Of a stretch of DNA of 64,000 nt, positions 37,811 to 47,476 are shown one piece after another. The notes beneath the pieces are model-generated. The model did not search any database. It was not told the origin of the DNA and worked only from the letters and a program-made list of their open reading frames with translations. The position numbers and the translations under genes are program-made. Every line of letters begins with the position of its first letter. The stretch's first letter is position 1. Location of the stretch: positions 62,001 to 126,000 of the forward strand of contig QPMI01000473.1 in the NCBI GenBank assembly GCA_004431415.1. The letters run 5' to 3'. This DNA is from Cyanophora paradoxa CCMP329. Lineage: Eukaryota; Plantae; Glaucophyta.

Positions 37811-39312
37811 ATGGCGAGCAGCTCGCTGCTGGATGCGGTAGACGCTCTGGGGCTCGAGTTCGAGCGCATGGAGATGTCGCTGAACCAGATGAGCCACCGC
37901 TTGGAGCTCGAATTTGCCAACAGCGCTCGGGACGGCGGCGCAAACCTCTTCAAGATCGTGCAGCGCATCAAGCGCGTCTCGGAGATGCTCCCGCTTCTCC
38001 GCGAGCGCGTGGCGGCCGATCTTGCCGCGAAGCAGAGCGTCCTGGACCACGCGGCGCGGAACCTGATCCCCGCTCGGGAAATCCTGCGGAGCATCCTGGC
38101 GAGTCGCGCGGCTGCGTGCAGCCTCCGCTCCACATCTCTGACCGCACCACGCGCAGGCGAACGCGGGGAGCGTGCCGCTTCCGGACGAAGACGACCCCGT
38201 GCTGCAGCGGTACCTGACCGTGTCGCGGGAGTGCGAGCAGCAGATCTCCGCCTTCTCCAGCCTCGGTGCGGCGCTTCCTTCGGCGCTGCGCCGCTCTCGG
38301 CCCTTCGACCGACCGCCCCGTAGGCTTCCGCTCCTCGGACGTCGGCGGCATGGACGGCCTCCTCACCGCGTCCGATTTGAATTTCGAGCTCCTGCGCACC
38401 GCCCTGCCGACAGGTGCGCGCTCAACTCCGGTTGCCACTCGCTCTCTCAACCTTGCGCCGCGCAGCTCCCGTCGCGGGGCCGTCCGGAGCGCGAGACGAG
38501 GAGGAGGAGAGGGCCCACGCAGCGGCCGCGGAGGCGACCCGGGCACCAGCGGCCGCCGCGGCGGTAGCAGCACTAGCAACGACCGGCGGGCGCGGGATCG
38601 CGCCAGCCCCGCCGCAGGCGGCCGCGGCGCGGCATATGGAGCCGCCGAGGGCGCAGCCGCAACAGGCGGCGGCGAAGCCGCGGGGGAAGGCGCCCGGGCA
38701 GGCGCTGGTGCTCGCCGCCCCGCCTGGCGCCAAGCCCGCGAGGCCGGGGACCGCCTCGGGGAAGGCTGCGGCGGCGGAGAAGCCCGCGTACCCCCCCATG
38801 TCCGGCCCCTCCTTTTCCCCAACCCTTGTTACCCCACTAAGCTGGGCGCAGAGAAGCATCGGAGTTCGAGAAGCTGCCGGGATCCATCCGCGGGGCCTGC
38901 AAGCTCTCCGGCGTCAACCAGGTACCCCCCCGCTCCCTCTCACGCGCCGCAACCCCCCCCCCCCCCCCCCCCGCCGGGGCAGACGCGCGGGGCCTGCAGC
39001 TGCTGGAGGAGGTGTGGAGGCACTTCTACGGCCCCGGGGCGCGCCGGCCCGGGGCGAGGGCGCCCCTCACCTCCGGGGACCTCAAGGCGATGGGCGTCGA
39101 GAACACCTCCGTGCGCTCTCGGAATTCTGCCCGCTCCCGCCGGCCGCGCCGGCCGGGCTGGCGCGCGGCTGACGCGCACGGGGCCGCAGACGGACCCCCG
39201 GCTGCAGGCTCTGAAGGCCCTCAAGCGGGTGGCCCTGGGCAAGCACGGGTACACCTGGGCGGGGCCCGCCCCCGGCAAGGAGAACGCCGAGCGGCCCCGC
39301 ACCGCCTGCTGA
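37811..39312 (+). CDS. SKA2: spindle and kinetochore-associated protein 2 with C-terminal extension
   Basis: AVDAL..F..L..HRLELEF...ANLFKIVQRIK...AAKQSVLD...DDP...DLNFELL matches the plant-type SKA2 pattern; extra C-terminal exons EFEKLPGSIRGACKLSGVN...LQALKALKRV. Confidence 0.8.
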
Positions 39313-39773
39313 TCCCGGGGCCCCTTCAAGTGCAACGCCGGGCGTCGGACATGGGGTGCGTGGCCGCGGCCGGCGCCGGCCTCTGGACATGTACCAGCAA
39401 TGTGATCAATCAGATCAGCTTACATTAATCTTCTCTCCTCGCGATCAGATCTCTATCGATACCCAAACCCCAGAGCTCTGCTAGTTCCCGGCTGCTGCAG
39501 CTGGGACCGGGCCCCGCGTCGGTCTTCGGCGGCCTGGGCGGGCCGGGCCCGCGCAGGCATGCCGGCCTGAGCTGCGCAGCTGCGCATCCGATGATCGCCG
39601 TTGATCGGTCCTCCCGGATCTAGGTTCTCTAGATCTAGGCCTAGGACTGTAGATTGATATCTAGAGTCTAGAGTTTAAAACTTTAGACCAGCTAGCCTGA
39701 GCTAGGAGCCTAGGAGTCCGGCCGCAGCCGGCGGGAATATATTAATCCGGGAATCGGGATTCGGGACCGGGCC

Positions 39774-39973
39774 CCCGCTCATAGCGGTGTGGTTATCATA
39801 CACGCTTTTCATTTCATGCCTTCCGTGTTCGAATCGCCCTGCGATGAGAATCACGCCTTCGAATCCCGCCCGTTCCACATAATTCCGATCGATCATGCCC
39901 CACCTTGCCTGTATACGCCCCCACAGTGCTGGAGTAGACTAGAGGCTGTGGCCGGTAATTCAAAAAAAAAAAA
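39774..39973 (+). mobile_element. tRNA-derived SINE, copy 2
   Basis: Near-identical to 23782-23992 (a few substitutions, a 10-bp indel and a small indel before the tail); A12 tail; TSD only degenerate. Confidence 0.85.
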
Positions 39974-40444
39974 GGGAATCCGGGATCGGATGTTTATCTT
40001 TTAATCCGCCGCCGGATTGCCGGCGATTTTGCGCGCTGCTCCGGGATCCGCGGCGACTCCGGCGAGTCCGCAGGCTCCGCAGCGTGCCACTGGGTGCCAG
40101 CGAGTGGCAGCGACTCCGCGCGTACTAGGTACTACGGTAGTAATTATAACGGTACTACGACGGTACCGGTAGTCCTCCGACAGTCCGACTCCATCATTAA
40201 CGGGGCCCGATGGCCCCGATCCTCCGGCGGGGTACGGGACTTGCAGACTCTGAGATAGGCCTGATGCTTGACCCCCCCCGGCTTCAAGCCAAGCCAAGCC
40301 AAATTCTGGCCTTCCGGAGTCAAGCCAAGCCAAGCACCCGAGCCGGCCGGCTCAAATGCTTGGCCCCTCGGCTAGGTCAAATATTTGTCAAATGCTTGAG
40401 GGGGGGGTACCCCATGTACGCCCCTCTTTCTCATCTAGATCTAG

Positions 40445-41121
40445 CTATAGATCTTCCTTAAGGCGCGCCTTCGAATATTGCGCCCCTCGCTCGTCCAGAT
40501 GTCGGACGTTGCGTGGCACACGTCGTAGATGCGGTTCGCGCCCTGAAACAGCATCGATCTGACCGACTTCCGCTGGCGCGCGTGCTCCGGCTCCGCCAGG
40601 ATGATCCGCCTGATCGTCCCGCGATCCGTCGGACGATATCGATAGCTTCTGCGGCGCCGGCCGAGTGAGCGGGCGTCGACGTCGCGCGCGCGCGGGCCGG
40701 GCGGGCGCGGGGGCCGGGCGCACGGGTTCAGGGCCAATTGCAAGGCCCAGCCGCGCATCCAGTGCGCGCTTGCCACGCTCAGCGGCTGAAAGGCAACATG
40801 CCGGTTCGGATTCGCCATCTGTCGGCGCGAACAGCCCGTGCGCATGCGTGTTGAAATGGCTGTCGACGTCGATGCTCGATGTCGCGCTGATGTTTTTGAA
40901 CACTGTCTTACAAGCGAACTGCCGGCCGTGCTTCTCCTTGTTGATCATGAGCAGGCACATCGCTGCTTTCTTCCCGTGCACGTGCAGCTTCCCCTAGCTG
41001 GATATCGATATATCGATGATCTTGTCGCCCTGCCAGACCCACGAAGTGAGAATGTGGATCTGCCGCTTAAGCCAGAGGAGGCTGTCCATCGGCTCGAAGT
41101 CGTCCGCGTCCGTGCGCGGCC
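40445..41121 (-). pseudogene. hAT transposase remnant (BED finger to first catalytic Asp); its N-terminus lies at about 46336-46517
   Basis: TSWVWQ..AAMC..C.TVFK..ATSSI..HFNTH BED finger; TSDIWTS motif at about 40490-40508, then truncation; in-frame stop. Confidence 0.8.
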
Positions 41122-41402
41122 TGTCGCATCCGACATTATAGCGGATGCTCATTTATATGTGAGCCGCTAGGGCTCTAGATCACGTCAGCCTTCGAGCTGC
41201 TGGACCGACGGCGCCTAGGCTAGTTAGAGCGCCGCGGTCACTTGTATTCGTGTCGGGGTACGCCGTATCTGGACGGGTACACCCAGTGAGTTGGATCTTA
41301 GCGACGACAGCAGTGACACTCGCCATTCCCCGCCCTGCCGAGCTTGCACTCCGCACGGGCTTCCCGCGCGCACGATTAGACACACTAATCTCGCACGCGA
41401 CA
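41122..41402 (+). repeat. 5' LTR
   Basis: TGTCGC...GCGACA ends; identical by eye to the 3' LTR. Confidence 0.97.
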
Positions 41403-41420
41403 GGCGCCACTGCCGGGAAT
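41403..41420 (+). promoter_or_regulatory. primer-binding site (tRNA-Asp-like)
   Basis: GGCGCCACTGCCGGGAAT directly after the 5' LTR, resembling the TGGCGCCGTTGCCGGGGA tRNA-Asp PBS type. Confidence 0.65.
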
Positions 41421-41936
41421 TTGATCGAGCTTGAGCTCTCTTTTACAACGCGCCCCCGGCCTCGCCATTCTGCCGGAATCGAACCTTCAAGGGTCGCTGG
41501 ACTTCCAGGCTCTGCCCGCGCCGCGCGCCTCGCCGCGCCGCCCCGCATAAGCTTAGAGAGATCTGGGACGAGCTTTCCGGGCGACCGCCACTTGTGGCGT
41601 GCTACGCTGCACACTTCGGCCGCGTCGCCTCTGGGCGGGCTGATTGTGCTTCGGAAGTGACTCTAGTGTCCCTCGCGGGCTTCGGTGCATCCCCAGACCG
41701 AAGCGCACGCACGAGCTCTCGCGAGAGTCTCAATCATTGTCTGTGTCCCTTCGCCGGTTGCACGCTTCGCGTCGCAAACTGTGCCCCGGAGTCTGCCAGC
41801 GGCAGTTCTCTGAGTGTCCCTGAGTCGGTTCTCGCACGCCACGAGAAGACCGTGTCCCGGATCTGCAGTGCGCTGCAGATCAAATCTTGCGCCCTGGCAT
41901 TCTGTTCTCGTGGCTATACGCTGCAAAGAGAGCAAT

Positions 41937-43523
41937 ATGTCGAACACTTCTGAACTGATCAGTTCTGAAGTCCGTAGCCGGCTGTCTGCCCTCGCGCACA
42001 TCGAGCCCGCCAGGGCTATGCTGCTGTGCATGTGCAGCAACTCGCTGCTGGCTCCGCTGCGGCGGATGATGATCCCGTGCGGATCGCATTCCTGCCTGCA
42101 AATCCGCGCCTCGCCGATGGCGACCGGTTCCGGAAGGACGTGCGGAACTTCCAGTCGTCCCTGCCGACGAAGTACTTGTTTGGCCCGGATTCTGCCGGTA
42201 GCCAGGAGTACTCAAAGTCAGAGGCGCTAGCCGGAGTGATTGTCGGGCGGATCCGCCCCGGACCTCTCCGCGCTGAGATTGAGCGCAAGCGCGACCTCTA
42301 TGAGGCCTCTGTCACTGCCCTCGAGCATGACCGCGCCAGGCTCGCTCGTCTCGAAGCTGTCCCGGCAGACCTGCGGTCCGCCGAGGATGATGCTGCTATC
42401 CTCGCGCTGCAGCAGAGCTGCGTGCGTGATCAGGCCTCAATCGTGGCCGTGCGCGACTCGTACTTGCGTGCCCCCGGGCTGCTTGACACGATCACTGCGT
42501 GGATTCACGAGACCCGCCCGCACGCGGCCCGCCGGGCTCTCACTGAGCCGTACACGGGCGAGGACCCCCGCTCGTGGCATGACTGGTTCTTGCCCCTCGT
42601 ACGGCACACGCTGCCGCGGGGCCAGCAGTTTGCTGCGTACTACGCGGACTGCCTGCGCACCGCGCTCGAGGCCCGCTCGACGAGCGAGGACCCTGAATAT
42701 CAGAACCTTGATGTTCGGATGGCCGGGTTCGCCCAGGCGAACGAGCGCACGCTGCGCGAGTTCCTCACGGCGCTGCGGCAGCGCCTCCTCGCCAATAACG
42801 GCGCTATCTCGCCGCTTGAGCTTGACAATATTTTCGTCGAGCAGTGCAAGCGCCACGGCTGCCGCGCCGTGTTCCCGCCTGCGCTGGCAGCTGCCGATCG
42901 CGAGCTGCCCGAGGCAAAACGGACCCGTATCCTGCAGGCACAGTTTGCCGAGGATGAGTCCTCGTCCGCCGGCACCCCTGCCGCTGCACGAGCCTCGAGC
43001 TCCTTGGCCCTGCTGAGCCTCGGGATGCAAATTCCACGGCCCAGCCCTCGATTTCTGCACGTGGGTCCTCTTGGCCGTGCAGTCCCGCTCGCCTGCCGCT
43101 GTTGCGGAGGTGCTGCGGCGCATGTCCGAGCTCGGGTACCCGGAGTACCCCCCTCAGACTGCTACGGGTGCTCGGATGACCCAGCGTCCCCGTTGAGGCG
43201 CGACGTCATTGGGCAAATGTGTGCCCAAGCGCACCCCGTTCGCCCCAGTACGCCCCTGGGTCCGCCGCGGCCAGTACTATCGGCAAAAGCGATCCCAAGA
43301 GGATGCTGCCAACAAGCACGAGTACTGGTCCGACGAGGGAAACCAGGACCCAGACGAAGTCTGCGGTCGCTGCGGCGAGGCAGGGCACCACCACAGTGCC
43401 TGCCCCGACCCCCCACACGGGCTGCTCGCTCGAGCTCTGCGCTTCCCGCGCCCTCTAGCTCAGCGGCTCCACCCGCGCGCCCTGCGGCGGAGCGTGAGTG
43501 AGCAAGTGCACCAGCTGCACTAG
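41937..43523 (+). pseudogene. gag: frameshifted gag
   Basis: Main ORF 42026-~43200. CGRCGEAGHHHSAC (CX2CX4HX4C) at 43362-43403 is in another frame, and the ATG at 41937 is also out of frame with the main ORF. Confidence 0.75.
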
Positions 43524-46037
43524 GGTCTGGCTGGCTTGGGCAGCCGCCAGAAAAGCCCTGCTCGTAACCGCGATCCGATTTTTCGCGGAGCCTGGCCTCC
43601 CTGCGAGAGCCCCATGTGTCGCTGTAATAAGCGGCCCATATACCTGCCTCTGAGCAGGGTGTATATTTGTACATTTGTACATAATTTCAGACGTCGGGGA
43701 CGACGTCTTCCGAGAGGAGGAGTGAGCACGGGCATGCTGCACGAGCAGTGCAAGCGCTGCCGCTCGCCCTCCCGCCCCGAGGCTTGCTTGAATCTGTGGC
43801 CGCTGGCCAAGATCGAATAGCACTCGCGAAAGAAGAGCCCCAATCGCGTGCTTTCGAGCACCCTGAGCGGCCACGGGTGCCCTCTTTCGAGAGGAGGAGT
43901 ACCTCTTTCGCTGAAGCCTGCGAAGAGGCGCCACGGCCGGTGCCGCAATTGCGAGCCCTCCTGCTTCCCTCAATTTAGATCCGTGGCGGTGGCCGAGATC
44001 TGATCTCAAACCCAAGCGGGTACCAGTCTTTCCGAGAGGAGGAGTCCTCCGAGACTCTCTCGTCGAAAGCCTGCGATTTCGCGCGGCGCACTGCAGTTGC
44101 TGAGTGCGGCCATGGGCCTTGCGAAATCCAGAAATTAAAAGTGGCCTCAGGCCTTGCGGTCAGAGCTTCAAAGGCTTGAGCCTGATCATGAGCCGAGCCG
44201 CCAAGCTGCAGCTGCAGCTGGCCTCGCGGGAGGCTTTGAGCTCGAACCCCACACTTGAGCGAGCAAGCGGCCTTGCTGCCGTTGCGAGATGAGACGTGAT
44301 CCACGGAGCCTTGAGCTCGGGATGCACCCTCAAGAGAAGCTTGATGCATATATGCCTGAGGCACGATGCCCAGCCGGCGAGCGCCTGATGGCATGCCGTG
44401 AGCTTGACAGGCGGCCCGTGAGCCCTGCAAAAATCGTGAGCCTCCGAGCTTGAGCACAAGGTGCCCTCGAGAGCTCGAGCCCTGAAATAAAGTCCTGGCG
44501 CGCCCCGAGGCGGCCAGGCAATAGCAGGCTCTGCCATGAGCTTTGCAGTTCTTTGAACTCAAGTCCTGGTGACGCCGCCAAGTTGGCGCCAGGCCGCGCG
44601 GGTCTGTTCCGGGATCATCGGATCCGGACTGAACGTTAGCGGGGCGAGGGGCCCAGTGCCCCGCCCAAAGACCTGGTGAACTGCCCGACGAGTTGGCATC
44701 CAGGCGGCACACTGTGGCTGCAGGCCGAGTGGTGCGACGGGCTGCGAGCCTGCTCACAAGCTAAGAGCTTTGAGACCCGGCGGCCAGCCTGTTGAGGCGG
44801 CGCCAGAAGGACCCCCACGATCGTGAGTCTCGTCTCGCATGTGGCCGGCCCGGCCCAGGGCGCGGTCGTGACGGCGGGTGGTCCTGGCCAGGAGCGGCTT
44901 GAGAAAGCCGGCTCCAAGCCGCGTCCCGGCCCCACACGAGGGCGAGGACAAGAAGCGGCGATGCCTGCCTCCGAGCAGAGCGAGCACAAGAGGCCACCCG
45001 TGAAGGGTTGGGCTGAGAAGGGCCAAGCGCCCGCGAAATATCGCGAAAGTCCCGAGCAGAAGTGGTGCGCTGCGGGTGGCCGTTGTCCTTGAGCACAGCT
45101 CGGCACGGTGACAGGGCGGAAGACCCTTGCAAAGACCTAGCCGAGCCCTAGGACGCGCCTTGCGTCTGCAGAAGGGTCGGTGGGCGGCTGTGACGCCGGG
45201 TTCTGCCCCGGGTACAGCGACAGGGGATGACAAATTCCCCCTCCGTGTAAGACCTGGTGTGGTACCAGGGCGCGCCTTGCGCCGGCAGGGGTACACGCAG
45301 GCGGTCGTGACGCCGGGTTCCTGCCCCGGGTACGACGACGGGGAAGCAAAAATACCCCCAGCAGGGCTCCGCACCAGGGACGCTTGGTGGCGGACCGCCT
45401 GAGAGGGCCACGTCCCCTTTTAATAGATGTGCACCCGCGGGTCGGGCAGGGTACCTCCCGTCGCGCAATGGCGTGGAAGGGCACCTTGTGGGCGGCGTCT
45501 AGCCTCGCCCTGGAGATTCTAGCTCCACCGCCGTCGGGGGATTCCCGATCCGACGCCGTGATAATGCAGTGAAGGCACGGTGTTTGCCTGAGCAGCGGCG
45601 CTAGTCGAGCTGCTTAGCCCTAAGTTTTGGGACGGGCATTTCGCTGTGGGCTGCTGAGCGCTGTCGCGAGCGCTGCGCCCCGCGTTGCTGTTGCAGCGTG
45701 TGCCTTTGCAGCTAACGTGCTGCACAATCGCGATGAGGGCAGGGCCCCCTCGGCTTCCGTCCCCTTCCGCTCGCCTCGTGCGGGTTGCCTGGGCCGCCGG
45801 CCCGAAGTTGGACCTCGCCCCCTGGGCACTACACGCTGGAGTCGTGCCGGCACTTGCCGGGCATCAGTCTTTTCTATTCCCGGCAGTCGACGCCGGGCAT
45901 GGACATGTACATAGCCGGACTTGGTGTCTTTTCTATTCCCGGCAGTTGCCGGCCACGGACGGACGTTGAGCCTTTTTCGATTCCCGGCAGTAGCCGGTTG
46001 ATATGTATTTATTTAGACCCGCGCGGACGCGGGATCC

Positions 46038-46048
46038 GAGAGGAGGAG
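46038..46048 (+). promoter_or_regulatory. polypurine tract
   Basis: GAGAGGAGGAG immediately before the 3' LTR. Confidence 0.85.
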
Positions 46049-46049
46049 T

Positions 46050-46330
46050 TGTCGCATCCGACATTATAGCGGATGCTCATTTATATGTGAGCCGCTAGGG
46101 CTCTAGATCACGTCAGCCTTCGAGCTGCTGGACCGACGGCGCCTAGGCTAGTTAGAGCGCCGCGGTCACTTGTATTCGTGTCGGGGTACGCCGTATCTGG
46201 ACGGGTACACCCAGTGAGTTGGATCTTAGCGACGACAGCAGTGACACTCGCCATTCCCCGCCCTGCCGAGCTTGCACTCCGCACGGGCTTCCCGCGCGCA
46301 CGATTAGACACACTAATCTCGCACGCGACA
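46050..46330 (+). repeat. 3' LTR
   Basis: Identical copy of the 5' LTR, preceded by the PPT. Confidence 0.97.
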
Positions 46331-47476
46331 CGGCCCTTGCAATTGCGCTGCTGCAGGCGCCCCTGCAGCTGGCGCAGCTGCGCGCAGCTGCAGGCGCATC
46401 GCTGGAGCCGGCGATGGGCTGCGCGGGCCCGGCCGCGGGGGCACGGAATGAGATGTTGCCGGACGCGTCCTTGCCGATGACTGACTGCGTGGATTTGCCC
46501 TTCTCCTTCGGCGGCATTGCTGCTGGCTGCCTGGCTGAGCCTACTTCGCTGTGCCTAAGTATGGCCCTTCCCCCCCCTGCTCCCCCCCCCCCATAATATT
46601 TGCAAGTATCTTCAAGCACGGCTTTCTGGCTCAAATGCTTGGGGCTAGAGGTCAAGCCAAGTGCTTGAGGCAAATGCTTGACCCCAAGCAGCAGGCCTAC
46701 TCTGAGACCGCACTAGTACGTATACTCGAACCATACTGGTATATACGTATACGTACTAGTTCATTGACGACGTCGGCACAAGAGTCACAACCGTTGAACT
46801 TCAGTCACAAGAGTCACAACTGCCGGTGTCTGCCGCACATGTACAAGGAGCTCGAGCCTTCTCGGAGGCTGTCGGAGCTCGGTAAATTGCTATTGACGAC
46901 GGTAAATTCGTCGGTAATGATGGAGCCCCAAACTTTTTTCCGCGTTTTTTCTTCTAAAGCGTAACGGCGAGCGTCTGCGACGACGGTTCGTGGTAATGGC
47001 CGGGTACTGGCAGGAATTCTGGAATTTCTGGTTACTCTACCGGTAGATCCGATGATCTACCGACTCTAGTACCGAGAGATCGGCGCGAGGCTCAGCAGGC
47101 TGCGCCGCGAGCGCCGACCTCGCGCGCGATCGATCGATCGATTGCGGGACCGGGAGGCGCAATTGCAAGGCGCGGCCTGCAGCAGTGCAGCTGCTGGCAG
47201 CAGAGATCACACAGACAGGACGTCGACGCGCGCGCACGGAGAACGTTAACGCTGCAGCTGTCGCGCGCGCGGAACGACCGGAATTGACAGCAGCGGCCCA
47301 TGCCAGCTCAGCGATCCCCGTGTCCTGGAGCTCCGTAATTATAACTCGGCAGCCCAGTCGCGCTCGGGGAGCAAAGCCAGCTTCCAGCCTGAAGAAAGGA
47401 GGCCTAGGCGTCGGGTCTTAGGGCCGGGACGCGAGCGCCGTGCGGCCGGTACACGTGCTGATCCCAGCGCGGCGGG

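Larger units (their letters stand above)
41122..46330 (+). mobile_element. non-autonomous gag-only LTR retrotransposon (5.2 kb)
   Basis: Two 281-bp TG..CA LTRs, 5-bp TSD CGGCC (41117-41121, 46331-46335), PBS, PPT and gag with a zinc knuckle; no pol motifs seen. Confidence 0.95.
40256..46699 (-). mobile_element. internally deleted hAT DNA transposon (about 1.2 kb) interrupted by an LTR element
   Basis: TIR TAGGCCTGATGCTTG / rc TAGGCCTGCTGCTTG; 8-bp TSD CTCTGAGA (40248-40255, 46700-46707); CAAGC subterminal repeats. Confidence 0.92.

Noticed and set aside
43975-45374. pol or env ORFs in the LTR element interior
   Set aside because: No protease, YxDD, RNase H or integrase motifs recognised in the provided translations.
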